A stretch of 63,252 bases of DNA, filler included, from Octopus bimaculoides (lineage: Eukaryota): the NCBI RefSeq assembly GCF_001194135.2. It is 10 parts of 8 records of this genome, joined end to end, with 100 filler letters (N's around TTAATTAATTAA, not from the genome) between each part and the next. Parts side by side here need not be neighbours in the genome. Positions count along the whole stretch, not along the records: positions 1 to 6,481 come from NC_069008.1; positions 6,582 to 12,931 come from NC_068987.1; 8 more parts are not named here. One strand, 5' to 3'. The notes under the pieces are model-generated. The model did not search any database. It had not been told where the DNA came from and was given only the letters and a program-made list of their open reading frames with translations. The first letter of the stretch is position 1. Every line of letters starts with the position of its first letter. Made by a program: the position numbers and the translations under genes. Shown here one piece after another: positions 1 to 11,406 of this stretch.

Positions 1-44
<44 letters not shown>

Positions 45-64
45 TGATGATGATGATGATGATG
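1..64. repeat. (AAT)n then (GAT)n microsatellite in an IFT172 intron
   Basis: Read directly from the sequence. Confidence 0.95.
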
Positions 65-76
65 ACTAGTACCTAC

Positions 77-178
77 CTTCAGAGGGATCATTGTAACCTT
101 CTCGTAGGCCTCTATGTTGTACCAAATGCACAAGTTACCTCGGTTCTGTGCCACAACCACATCACTGCCTGGTACCCA
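77..178 (-). CDS. IFT172: IFT172 internal exon (102 nt, phase 0/0): [34 protein letters not shown]
   Basis: Acceptor ttttccag and donor gtaggt. Matches the recalled IFT172 segment [34 protein letters not shown]. Confidence 0.96.
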
Positions 179-375
179 CTGGAAAAGAGTCAAATAAAAA
201 GAGAGAAGGAAATTAGGGGGGGGGGTACCTCAATGTGCGCGTGGGGTACTTACATGTTTGTCGAGCCACCTGGCAACAAAGATGGAAACAGCTGGGTAAA
301 ACTAAGGTGATCTATTACTCACACACACACGCACACACGCGCGCGCGTGCAGTGTTAAGAGTGTCAAACCCTTAC

Positions 376-441
376 CTGTACGTAGAGACAGGAGTTCAAG
401 ATGGTGACCCTCTGTTGAGCTTCGATGAAGTACAGATTCAG
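376..441 (-). CDS. IFT172: IFT172 internal exon (66 nt, phase 0/0): LNLYFIEAQQRVTILNSCLYVQ
   Basis: Acceptor ggcag after a pyrimidine tract, donor gtaagg. Aligns to the recalled [22 protein letters not shown] and joins both neighbouring exons in frame. Confidence 0.93.
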
Positions 442-625
442 CTGCCAGTTCACAGGGGATGGTCATGGTCAAGGAGGAGGAGAATAAAAATAATGCAAAT
501 TAAAATTGTCAGTTGGCTTCCTGATTTTAAATAAACACACACACATACACATATATTAGAAAACAGCCACACACACACACATGCATATCACAATACACAT
601 ACATACATACATATATACATACATA

Positions 626-722
626 TCATCATCATCATCGTTTAACGTCCGCTTTCCATGCTAGCATGGGTTGGACGATTTGACTGAGGACTGGTGAACC
701 AGATGGCTACATCAGGCTCCAA

Positions 723-728
<6 letters not shown>
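626..728 (-). mobile_element. 3' tail fragment of the RTE-type LINE/SINE family, ending in (GAT)n
   Basis: Reverse complement of the terminal ~100 nt of the RTE at 31218-33656 (caacccatgctagcatggaaagcggacgttaaacgatgatgatg). Confidence 0.9.
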
Positions 729-759
<31 letters not shown>

Positions 760-1051
760 TAAACATACACACACGCACAGAGAAACAAGCACAAAAAATT
801 ACACATGCACGCATACACATATCAGTATACACACATACGTATACAATAGAAAACAGCCAAACACACATACATACACAACATAAGCAAACAAATAATTATG
901 CACACATACATGTACAGGCACACACACACACATATTGACACATACAAAGAAATATATATACAATACACACACACACACACACCCACACACATGCACAGAG
1001 GCACACACACATACGTGTGCAAACATGCAAACACACACACACATAACAAAC

Positions 1052-1099
1052 CTTCAGTTTCTTGTCCCGAAACAACAGATATCGTCCAGTTTCGTTGAG
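1052..1099 (-). CDS. IFT172: IFT172 internal exon (48 nt, phase 0/0): LNETGRYLLFRDKKLK
   Basis: Long poly-T tract plus ttccag acceptor, donor gtttgt. Matches the recalled LNETGHKLLFRDRKLR. Confidence 0.95.
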
Positions 1100-1819
1100 C
1101 TGGAAAAGAAAAAAAAAAGAAAAAAAGGAAATTGAAAAAAAACAAAAAAAAAACACAAAAGTATGAGAGATAAACTTGACACACATTAGGGGTTACTGAA
1201 AACTAACATCATATTTTCAAGGAAACACAAGAGAACCTGGGTTAAAAATCATTGGCTATTTATTGTGGAGAATTAACTCTTTTTCTCACATATTTTGCTT
1301 GACATGTTCTACGTTTGTTCAAATATTTTTGAAAATAATAAAGAATTTAGTCATGTTTGTTATCAGCTTAAAAGCCACCTGATAGGGCTCTTCACTGGGC
1401 CTTAAGCCCAACGAAGACACTTCATGCACTGAGTACATATCAAATTTTATTAAACTCGAACAATATTTTTGAAGCAATGAACAATTTTCATCAAAACAAT
1501 GATATAATTTGTTGACTTGAAACTTATCGCAAAGCTGCATGATAAGCAATATTTTTTGTCTTCCCATTCAGGGGTCAGTACAAATAGCTTGTTTCCATTC
1601 CCTACCTTTGAACAAACAGCATACTGCTGGCTGTCGGCAACAATAAAATTATCTTTTAAAAATTCAACGATAATTCTTCTACCGCCATTTAATTTAAAGA
1701 CAATTTGATGTACGTAGGGCATTACTTTTCATACAAACAATTATTTGTAGTAGCTGGTACATACCTAAACTCCTGTTCGTAGCTTGAAGGAAAATTACAC
1801 CACTGTCACTAAACAGTAT

Positions 1820-2412
1820 TTTTAAGTGCGATTTTTATGGTTTGGAATTGCTCTAAGCGTATTTGACCAGAAAAATTTTTGAAATTTAGTATTTTTTAAA
1901 GTAATAATAAAATTAGTCGAATCTATTTTCATGCAGTTGGAGTGCGCTAAGTTTCCATAGCTCTGACGACCTACGGCATGAAAATAGGTCTCACAAATTA
2001 TATTAATGTCTGAAAAAATACTAAGTTTCCAATATTTCTATGGTAGAGAGTTATGAGAAGTAATATTGCATGAGAGAGAGTGAGTTCAATATGTATTGCA
2101 GTTCCGAAAACATTATGAAGCACGTGTTATGGTTAAATTACTTGATACAGTTTTAATATTTAGAGAAAGATTTTTTCGAAATGTTAGGATTGAGAAAAAA
2201 AAACCAAGAATGAAGTAAAGTCGAAGAGACATTGAACAGTGAGAGAGGGGTAAAGCATGAGGAATAGTAGAAGTGTCATTGAATAGTGAGAGAGGTGTAA
2301 AGCATGAGGAATAGTAGAAGTGTCATTGAATAGTGAGAGAGGGGGTCGGAGGAGTTAAAGTTGAAAAAGTGTGACACACTGACATTCACTTTTGCATTTG
2401 TTATTATAGATT
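1820..2412. mobile_element. Possible non-autonomous Helitron/Helentron-like (HINE/DINE-1-like) insertion
   Basis: 12-bp inverted repeat (1923-1934 with 1976-1987), an internal 47-bp tandem repeat, and an end reading cattcacttttgcatttgttattatagat. Family assignment is by resemblance only. Confidence 0.35.
2230..2342. repeat. 47-bp tandem repeat, about 2.4 copies
   Basis: cattgaaYagtgagagaggNgtaaagcatgaggaatagtagaagtgt starts at 2230, 2277 and (partially) 2324. Confidence 0.9.
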
Positions 2413-2743
2413 ATTATATTTCAATTAAAATACTCTACTTTTGTTTCAATTAATTTAGAATATAACGAAGTAACTTTGTTATTAAACGTTTCGCTAACAT
2501 ATTTCTGCTGAAATATATCACATTTGTTCAAATATTTTTGAAAAAAAAAGAATTTAGTGAAATAACTTTGTCATTATTAACCCTTTCCTTACCATATTTC
2601 TGCTGAAATTTCTGTGCATATAGATGTGTGCATGTAAATGTGTGTGAGTGTGTGTGTGTATGTGTGTATAACAGAGAGAAAGAGAGAGTGGCTGTTTACT
2701 GTCCGTGGTTCCATACCTCTCACTCATTCTCACAGCTACTCAC

Positions 2744-2808
2744 CTCTAACCAATCCACTTTTGAATCGTGTTCCACTTCTGCTATGGCATTCTCTGTGAC
2801 CAAATCCA
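2744..2808 (-). CDS. IFT172: IFT172 internal exon (65 nt, phase 1/0): (V)DLVTENAIAEVEHDSKVDWLE
   Basis: Acceptor tttttacag, donor gtgagt. Matches the recalled [22 protein letters not shown]. The split codon g+tg gives Val with the preceding exon. Confidence 0.94.
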
Positions 2809-3003
2809 CTGTAAAAATAAAAACGACGCACAATCAGCTGTCAAGTCCTTGACATAATCATTCAAATTCACGCCACCTGTCTGTCTGAGTTATCTTCCCT
2901 TACCTTATTCTATTTATTATCAATATCTGCTATATTTCGGGATGGTATTCTATGGTATATAATTTAACCAGACAGCTGTTTCTGTTGCGAAAGACTGGTC
3001 GAA

Positions 3004-3035
<32 letters not shown>

Positions 3036-3043
3036 ATATATGC

Positions 3044-3090
<47 letters not shown>

Positions 3091-3672
3091 NNNNNNNNNN
3101 NNNNNNNNNNNNNNNNNNNNNNNNNNNNNNNNNNNNNNNNNNNNNNNNNNNNNNNNNNNNNNNNNNNNNNNNNNNNNNNNNNNNNNNNNNNNNNNNNNNN
3201 NNNNNNNNNNNNNNNNNNNNNNNNNNNNNNNNNNNNNNNNNNNNNNNNNNNNNNNNNNNNNNNNNNNNNNNNNNNNNNNNNNNNNNNNNNNNNNNNNNNN
3301 NNNNNNNNNNNNNNNNNNNNNNNNNNNNNNNNNNNNNNNNNNNNNNNNNNNNNNNNNNNNNNNNNNNNNNNNNNNNNNNNNNNNNNNNNNNNNNNNNNNN
3401 NNNNNNNNNNNNNNNNNNNNNNNNNNNNNNNNNNNNNNNNNNNNNNNNNNNNNNNNNNNNNNNNNNNNNNNNNNNNNNNNNNNNNNNNNNNNNNNNNNNN
3501 NNNNNNNNNNNNNNNNNNNNNNNNNNNNNNNNNNNNNNNNNNNNNNNNNNNNNNNNNNNNNNNNNNNNNNNNNNNNNNNNNNNNNNNNNNNNNNNNNNNN
3601 NNNNNNNNNNNNNNNNNNNNNNNNNNNNNNNNNNNNNNNNNNNNNNNNNNNNNNNNNNNNNNNNNNNNNNNN

Positions 3673-3731
<59 letters not shown>

Positions 3732-3732
3732 C

Positions 3733-3893
3733 CTGGTAGAAATAGCAGCTAAACTGTTTTCTAATCTAACTGTACCATCTTCAAATATATATAGAGACAC
3801 CCAATAAAGACATGATGGTCATATTTAGAAAATACTTCCCTCACAGATCAACTCAGTCTGAGCCGAACAACAACAAGAACAACAACAACAAAA
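3733..3893 (+). mobile_element. Decayed SINE-like repeat (family D, (AAC)n tail)
   Basis: Core cctgNtagaaatagcagc, then gatggtcat, then an aacaacaac tail. Related copies at about 6075-6305, 13990-14160, 29860-30030 (minus) and 34920-35115. Confidence 0.6.
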
Positions 3894-3915
3894 CAGGTGC
3901 CCAAACCAGACTCAC

Positions 3916-4007
3916 CTATAACAACAGTCTTCATGTCCAGCAGGTAGGCGAGCCTCTTGTTGTCACCGGTATGGCACCTTTTGGTTTGCCGCTCGTTAAG
4001 GCGGACG
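3916..4007 (-). CDS. IFT172: IFT172 internal exon (92 nt, phase 2/1): (S)VRLNERQTKRCHTGDNKRLAYLLDMKTVVI
   Basis: Acceptor ctccag, donor gtgagt. Matches the recalled [29 protein letters not shown] with a 2-aa insertion. Confidence 0.95.
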
Positions 4008-4272
4008 CTGGAGTCCGACAGAGGTGGTGGTGGCCATGCAGGGGTTCGAGGAAGCAGATGATAAAAAAAGAAGAGATGAGATGAGGCGATGTAAATGACT
4101 GTTGATTAATAAAGGGCATGGGATGGGGTCGGGTGTGTGGTGGGTGGGCGATGGAGATGTTGGTTAAAATTGATAATGAAGTACCAGATGTGTACTGTGG
4201 TCCATTTTTTCAACTATTACTCCCTCGCTGACACTCCTTAAAATGTTGATGTTTTTGCATCAACAGAAGTAG

Positions 4273-4308
4273 AGGTGGTGGTAGTGGTGGTCATGGTAGT
4301 AGTAGTAT

Positions 4309-4346
<38 letters not shown>

Positions 4347-4488
4347 ATAGTAGTAGTGGTGGTAGTGGTAGTAGTAGTAGTGGTGGTGGTGGTGGTAGTA
4401 GTAGTAGTAGTTGTAGTAGTGGTTGTAGTAGTGGTGGTGGTAAGATCAGTAGTAGTAGTAGCAGCAGCAATAGCATTAGTAGTAATAA
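4273..4488. repeat. Compound (GTA)n/(GTG)n microsatellite
   Basis: Read directly; it produces the poly-Val and poly-Leu pseudo-ORFs. Confidence 0.95.
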
Positions 4489-5156
4489 CNNNNNNNNNNN
4501 NNNNNNNNNNNNNNNNNNNNNNNNNNNNNNNNNNNNNNNNNNNNNNNNNNNNNNNNNNNNNNNNNNNNNNNNNNNNNNNNNNNNNNNNNNNNNNNNNNNN
4601 NNNNNNNNNNNNNNNNNNNNNNNNNNNNNNNNNNNNNNNNNNNNNNNNNNNNNNNNNNNNNNNNNNNNNNNNNNNNNNNNNNNNNNNNNNNNNNNNNNNN
4701 NNNNNNNNNNNNNNNNNNNNNNNNNNNNNNNNNNNNNNNNNNNNNNNNNNNNNNNNNNNNNNNNNNNNNNNNNNNNNNNNNNNNNNNNNNNNNNNNNNNN
4801 NNNNNNNNNNNNNNNNNNNNNNNNNNNNNNNNNNNNNNNNNNNNNNNNNNNNNNNNNNNNNNNNNNNNNNNNNNNNNNNNNNNNNNNNNNNNNNNNNNNN
4901 NNNNNNNNNNNNNNNNNNNNNNNNNNNNNNNNNNNNNNNNNNNNNNNNNNNNNNNNNNNNNNNNNNNNNNNNNNNNNNNNNNNNNNNNNNNNNNNNNNNN
5001 NNNNNNNNNNNNNNNNNNNNNNNNNNNNNNNNNNNNNNNNNNNNNNNNNNNNNNNNNNNNNNNNTATTTATTTATTTATTTATATTTCAGCAATGAAATC
5101 AGCCCCAAACTACAAGAATGAGAGTCACAAAAACTGGCCCATGGTGGGATACTTAC

Positions 5157-5210
5157 GTTCTCGTTATCAAAGTAGAACTTTTCATTTTCACCAGTAGATT
5201 GCCAAGGTAT
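5157..5210 (-). CDS. IFT172: IFT172 internal exon (54 nt, phase 0/0): IPWQSTGENEKFYFDNEN
   Basis: Acceptor ttatccacag, donor gtaagt. Matches the recalled IAWQGSGGNEKYFFENEN. Confidence 0.95.
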
Positions 5211-5329
5211 CTGTGGATAAAAGTAACAAAAAACAAGGTTGAATAGAAATTCTTTTAAATCAATTCACAATTAAATGGAAATTGTAGTTGTGGCTGATGC
5301 CTATATATATATATATATATATATATATA

Positions 5330-5421
5330 CGACGGGCTTCTTTCAGTTTCCGTCTACCAAATCCACTCACAAGGCCTTGTTCGGCCCGAAGCTATAGTAG
5401 ATGACATTTCCACACAGTGCC
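5330..5421 (-). mobile_element. tRNA-derived SINE family C, 3' part
   Basis: gacgggcttctttcagtttccgtctaccaaatccactcacaaggc is shared with copies near 18400-18560, 21940-22080, 44180-44340, 45455-45600 and 53685-53832. Confidence 0.85.
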
Positions 5422-5424
5422 AGA

Positions 5425-6030
5425 CATAAGATAGTAGGGTACAATTAGAGGGAGATTTGGCTGTTATATCTACCAGGTTTTGATACCAAGTAGACGTCTC
5501 CCTCATTGGCTCATACATACATAAAACAGTAAGGTGATTTCGCTGCTATTTCTACCAGGTCTAGTGACCAAGATGTCTCCTTCGTTGACTCATATGTACT
5601 TAAGACAGCAGGGTGAGATTTGAGGGAGATTTGGCAGCTATTTCTACCGAGCCCAGCAACCAATTAGATGTCTGCCTCATAAGACAGTCGAGTAAGACTG
5701 GAGAGAGATTTGGCTGCTATGTCTACCAGGTCTAGCTACCAAGAAGATGTCTGCCCTCATTAGCTCATACATACATAAGATAATTGGGTGTGATTTGAGG
5801 GAGATTTGGCTGCTATTTCTACTGAGCCCAGCAACCAATTAGATGACTCCCTCCTTGGCTCATATATACATAAGACAGTCGGGTGTGATTTGAGGGAGAT
5901 TTGGCTGCTATATCTACCAGGTCTTGGTACCAAGATGTCGCCTTCATTGGCTCGTACATACATAAGATAGCAGGGTGTGATTTGAAGGAGATTTGGCTGC
6001 TATTTCTACCAAGTCCAGCTACCATGTAAG
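5425..6030. repeat. Satellite-like tandem array, unit about 90-96 bp, about 7 copies with alternating variants
   Basis: The gagggagatttggctgctatttctacc motif recurs at about 5448, 5535, 5612, 5701, 5796, 5892 and 5984. Confidence 0.9.
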
Positions 6031-6074
6031 AAATTTCATTGGATGTATGTACAAGCCAGTGAAGGAAACCTCCA

Positions 6075-6305
6075 GGTGGTATCTAGACTTGTTAAAAACA
6101 GCAGCCAAATTTCTCTCAAATCAAACCCCGCAGTCTGAGAACAAGAGAACAAAAATAACAATAAATAAAATGCTGACCGTTGTGGACTTGGGGTTCCATA
6201 CATAGATGAAAAAAAAAAAGACAAAGACAGGATGGTCAAGGCTGGAGCAGCCTTGATTATACGTCTACCTGATGAGGCCTGAACTGGAATGAAACAACAA
6301 CAAAT
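6075..6305 (+). mobile_element. Decayed SINE-like repeat family D
   Basis: aaacagcagccaaatttctctcaaatc, then ggatggtcaaggctgg, then an aacaacaac tail. Confidence 0.6.
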
Positions 6306-6324
6306 GATCAGGTGGGTAACTTAC

Positions 6325-6481
6325 CTCGGTGAATTTGTTGGTCAAGAGGTCAGCCAGGATGATTGTCTGGGTGGAGTTAGCCACAGCATATCTGTCGCTG
6401 CCCATGATGCGTACGTTGTCAATCTCGTAGCCATACTGCGATTTCAGCACAGTCTTCTGACCACTGCTCAGACAGGTCACT
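6325..6481 (-). CDS. IFT172: IFT172 internal exon, 5' end cut by gap: VTCLSSGQKTVLKSQYGYEIDNVRIMGSDRYAVANSTQTIILADLLTNKFTE
   Basis: Donor gtaagt after GAG. Matches the recalled [49 protein letters not shown]. The acceptor falls in the Ns from 6482. Confidence 0.96.
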
Positions 6482-6525
6482 NNNNNNNNNNNNNNNNNNN
6501 NNNNNNNNNNNNNNNNNNNNNNNNN

Positions 6526-6537
6526 TTAATTAATTAA
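6526..6537. other. Assembly spacer TTAATTAATTAA inside 44N+44N gaps (also 12976, 41604, 49568, 53506, 55289, 56467, 58649, 62118)
   Basis: The same 12-mer, with stops in all six frames, is centred in nine identical 100-nt gaps. Confidence 0.97.
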
Positions 6538-6581
6538 NNNNNNNNNNNNNNNNNNNNNNNNNNNNNNNNNNNNNNNNNNNN

Positions 6582-6612
<31 letters not shown>

Positions 6613-8194
6613 TGTATACATATGTATATAGACAGATATACAGTATGTGGATAATATCTTCAATTGTAACATTACAACCATATCCAATTTTTCAAGTGCT
6701 TCAATTCTATCTATTTTCATAGATTTACTCGACTGCTAACATCTAGTAATGGTTTCTCTCATTGTTTTGATATTTTTTATCATTGATATAACTGTCGGAA
6801 TTTTTGACGACGCGGGTTTACTAGTATATCAATAATGTGTATACATATGTATGTATGTGCACATGTACACATGCGTACTGTCTTCATCATTTATCGTAGT
6901 ACTTCCTTTACATTTCTATAGCTCCTCTCACCACATCGTATTTCACACTTCTTATATCCTACCGTGGTTATACTACGAAATAATATACGAATATATCATC
7001 GTTCTATTTAACGTTGATAAAGGAATGATATGCCTCAACATAACGTATCTTAGCGGTGCTATAACAATATCATAGCACCTAATGCAAGATCCTGATCACT
7101 GATAATGGGTGGAGTTTGACTGTATGTTGCATAAAGTCAGGGTAGGATTAGTTTAATAAAACAGCATCTGTATTAAAGATGTATAAAAATTGGGTATTTT
7201 GAAGCAAAATATTTAATATTAATAATACGCGCGTGAGTACACCCACACATCCATACCAAGCCACACGACTCACTTATATGTATGTGTGCGCGCGCATGTA
7301 AGTATATATATATATATATNNNNNNNNNNNNNNNNNNNNNNNNNNNNNNNNNNNNNNNNNNNNNNNNNNNNNNNNNNNNNNNNNNNNNNNNNNNNNNNNN
7401 NNNNNNNNNNNNNNNNNNNNNNNNNNNNNNNNNNNNNNNNNNNNNNNNNNNNNNNNNNNNNNNNNNNNNNNNNNNNNNNNNNNNNNNNNNNNNNNNNNNN
7501 NNNNNNNNNNNNNNNNNNNNNNNNNNNNNNNNNNNNNNNNNNNNNNNNNNNNNNNNNNNNNNNNNNNNNNNNNNNNNNNNNNNNNNNNNNNNNNNNNNNN
7601 NNNNNNNNNNNNNNNNNNNNNNNNNNNNNNNNNNNNNNNNNNNNNNNNNNNNNNNNNNNNNNNNNNNNNNNNNNNNNNNNNNNNNNNNNNNNNNNNNNNN
7701 NNNNNNNNNNNNNNNNNNNNNNNNNNNNNNNNNNNNNNNNNNNNNNNNNNNNNNNNNNNNNNNNNNNNNNNNNNNNNNNNNNNNNNNNNNNNNNNNNNNN
7801 NNNNNNNNNNNNNNNNNNNNNNNNNNNNNNNNNNNNNNNNNNNNNNNNNNNNNNNNNNNNNNNNNNNNNNNNNNNNNNNNNNNNNNNNNNNNNNNNNNNN
7901 NNNNNNNNNNNNNNNNNNNNNNNNNNNNNNNNNNNNNNNNNNNNNNNNNNNNNNNNNNNNNNNNNNNNNNNNNNNNNNNNNNNNNNNNNNNNNNNNNNNN
8001 NNNNNNNNNNNNNNNNNNNNNNNNNNNNNNNNNNNNNNNNNNNNNNNNNNNNNNNNNNNNNNNNNNNNNNNNNNNNNNNNNNNNNNNNNNNNNNNNNNNN
8101 NNNNNNNNNNNNNNNNNNNNNNNNNNNNNNNNNNNNNNNNNNNNNNNNNNNNNNNNNNNNNNNNNNNNNNNNNNNNNNNNNNNNNNNNNNNNNT

Positions 8195-9065
8195 TCAATT
8201 TTGGAGAGAATTTTTTGATTAAATGTAGTTCCATTGCTTTTCGGTATTGCGGATCGTCCCGTGCACATTTGTAAATATTTCCAGATGTTTACTTAATGGA
8301 ACCTTGCGCAATTCTTCTTTTCGGTTATGTTGCCTGTGGATTCTTGCACGTTGGCAGAGGGAATTATTTGCTTTGCCAATGTAATTTTCTTTGCAATTTG
8401 GACAGGTAATGCAGTATATGAGGTCTTGCGTTTTGCAGTTCATATCTGCATTTATTTTGGAAAGGGATCCGCTCTTGAATTTTATGTGGGAACCACTTTC
8501 TAAGTATTTAAAGTTGTTGTTGTTGTTACATGTTCCACATCTCCTATCTCCACATTCTTTTACTAAGAATTCTGATTCATTCTCTGATTTGAATTTTGCC
8601 CTTGTGAGGTGTTCTTTAAGATTTTTTGGCTTGGCGTCTGCTATTCCGTAAGGTGTTTTTTTTTCAATCAGAGTTTTCCTTTTGGAGCTTTGCAGGAGTA
8701 TAGGTAATTTCGATTTTATGGCGTGAAAGATGCTGGTTATTCCAGGACTGTGTGTGTTAACGAACGGAATCGTGTTTTCATTAACTCTTTCCTTAGGTGT
8801 CCGTTTTTGAGTGATGTTCAGTTTCATCACTTTCTTAATTCCCCTCATTAATCGATCCTAAGGGGCATTTCTGCATTGTGAGAAAGTCTTTGAGTTCGTT
8901 GAGTCGGATTTCATGTATTTTGGGGTCAGTCACTATAACACAGATGGGTCTTGCCATGCTGTATGGGATGTTTCTTTTGAGGTGTGATGGATGGCAAGAG
9001 TAGAAACTTAAATATTGGTGTGTGTCAGTTTTTTTTTATAAAATGTCTGTTGTGACTGTGAGGTT
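8195..9065 (-). mobile_element. Penelope-like retroelement fragment: RT C-terminus, linker and GIY-YIG endonuclease (frameshifted)
   Basis: Minus-strand [28 protein letters not shown] (PLE RT thumb), then ORF 8219-8848 with CGDRRCGTC and LIYCITCPNCKENYIGKANNSLCQRARIH (GIY-YIG with Cys/His motif). Confidence 0.93.
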
Positions 9066-9164
9066 CTGTATTTTTATGTGGATATATACATATATACATA
9101 TATATATACATATATATACATATATGCACATATATACACATATATGTACACATACATATAGATA

Positions 9165-9216
<52 letters not shown>

Positions 9217-9363
9217 GTACATATACACATGTGTTTCTATACAGATACGTGTTTGTTATAAAAACATGAAAAATTATCGCTGGCGCTTCAAGGTTTATAC
9301 ATGCATAGCGGCAAAACATCAGACATAGCAACAGTTATTTATTTAAATGTGAGATACATTATG

Positions 9364-9443
9364 CGCACAATATTTCATTAAAAAATATTTAATGTTGTAA
9401 TTCCGCACAATATTTCATTAAAAAATATTTAATGTTGTAATTC
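9364..9443. repeat. Perfect 40-bp tandem duplication
   Basis: cgcacaatatttcattaaaaaatatttaatgttgtaattc occurs twice, at 9364 and 9404. Confidence 0.95.
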
Positions 9444-10307
9444 CTTAATTAACACATTCTCTGAAAACAAACTTGAGAGTGTTTTCGTTCATTTTTGTAA
9501 GTTCAAGGTAAATGGTTGGTGTGTTAGCTTAACTCTACATGATACCTAATATCTTGATGGGATATTACATCTGGCTGGTTGTTTCAAAATTTGGTTCATT
9601 ATTCTTTAATAACACATATATTGTCTAATTCTTTCTACATTATCTTTCTATTTTGGTCTGCCCATCAGGCTACTGTAACACCTCTTACTCCAGTTGACTC
9701 TCATTTAATTTTATTACCTCAATTCGCTAATTTTCTCTCTGTCCATTGCCATTCCGGCCAGTGTAGTAAAAAACATCATCCACCCTTCAGGTCACTTTAT
9801 TTTAATTCTTCTACTGTAACTCACTAACTCTCTATTTGTTACTTGATAGTCTCTTTCACGACTTTCAGTGTTTACGTCTATCGGTTTCTCGTTAATGTGA
9901 TAGAACCAACAAACACAAAATGGTGACTCGTGATTTGGCCTTAAAATAACTACAGTTGTGCTGTGCACAACTGCACTTTTCTTCTCTTTCTGTCGAAAGA
10001 ATTCAATGCCTCCTGTTTTCTGTTCAGTCGCAAGACCTATATATATTTTTTTCTTCTTGTACGCATAGCGTGTCCCTTTTGTTGTTTCTTACATTGTTTA
10101 TCTCAATTCTTCGTGTCCTTCTTGTTTTTACTGCATCATTTCCTGATAACATTTTTAAAGATTTTTGGCACCACTGGAGCTGGTGAATGTCAGGCAACCA
10201 GGCTGACAGCTTTTTATGTTCATATTGCGTTTCCTGTGCTTTATAAATTTTCGCTCTCTATTCTCTTACACACACAGACACACAGACACATACACACACA
10301 CAAACAG

Positions 10308-10349
<42 letters not shown>

Positions 10350-11406
10350 NNNNNNNNNNNNNNNNNNNNNNNNNNNNNNNNNNNNNNNNNNNNNNNNNNN
10401 NNNNNNNNNNNNNNNNNNNNNNNNNNNNNNNNNNNNNNNNNNNNNNNNNNNNNNNNNNNNNNNNNNNNNNNNNNNNNNNNNNNNNNNNNNNNNNNNNNNN
10501 NNNNNNNNNNNNNNNNNNNNNNNNNNNNNNNNNNNNNNNNNNNNNNNNNNNNNNNNNNNNNNNNNNNNNNNNNNNNNNNNNNNNNNNNNNNNNNNNNNNN
10601 NNNNNNNNNNNNNNNNNNNNNNNNNNNNNNNNNNNNNNNNNNNNNNNNNNNNNNNNNNNNNNNNNNNNNNNNNNNNNNNNNNNNNNNNNNNNNNNNNNNN
10701 NNNNNNNNNNNNNNNNNNNNNNNNNNNNNNNNNNNNNNNNNNNNNNNNNNNNNNNNNNNNNNNNNNNNNNNNNNNNNNNNNNNNNNNNNNNNNNNNNNNN
10801 NNNNNNNNNNNNNNNNNNNNNNNNNNNNNNNNNNNNNNGTGTGTGTGTGTGTATGTGTGTGTGTGTGTGTGTGTACACGTGTGTGTGCATGTGTGTGTGC
10901 CTTATATCATATATTACATAATAGATTGACTTATTGTTACGAGCAAAAAAGGTTTACTCAATATTACAGAAGAGAGAAATATTTATAACGCTTTGTAAAT
11001 ACGATTCAACTCTAATCCTCCTTGACTTTTATTTAATTCCATATTACAAAATAGGATGATTCCTGTAGAAGTCTTCACAAGGACACAGAAAGGATTGGGA
11101 GCAGGGCACATCTTTATCCATTCAGCTGTTGTTGAGCCTTCTACTGCCATGCCGTTACTTGTATACGCTGGCCAATGACACGTGAAACTTTTTTCACATT
11201 TCATCGTTAGCACAGTGTATCATTTTTCTGTTGTGTGAAGGCTTCTATCCAACGAAAGACCATATATGAAACATACTTTCACTCAATAACTTTTACCTTT
11301 ACTCTATAAACTTTTTCCTTCTTTGAGCTTCAACATATTAAGTGTAAACGTCCTATGGATTTTTATTGTTTTTGTATTTGATTTGCTTTATATATATATA
11401 TATATA

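Noticed and set aside
5425-6030. Regularly spaced repeats suggesting a CRISPR array
   Set aside because: The 'spacers' are homologous to each other, the context is a eukaryotic intron, and no cas genes are present.
6268-6296. CTGATGAG GCC TGAACT GGAAT GAAAC, resembling a hammerhead core
   Set aside because: Helix II pairs poorly, there is no NUH or helix I, and the segment aligns to the decayed SINE family D 3' end (gatcagggctgacctggggctaaacaac).
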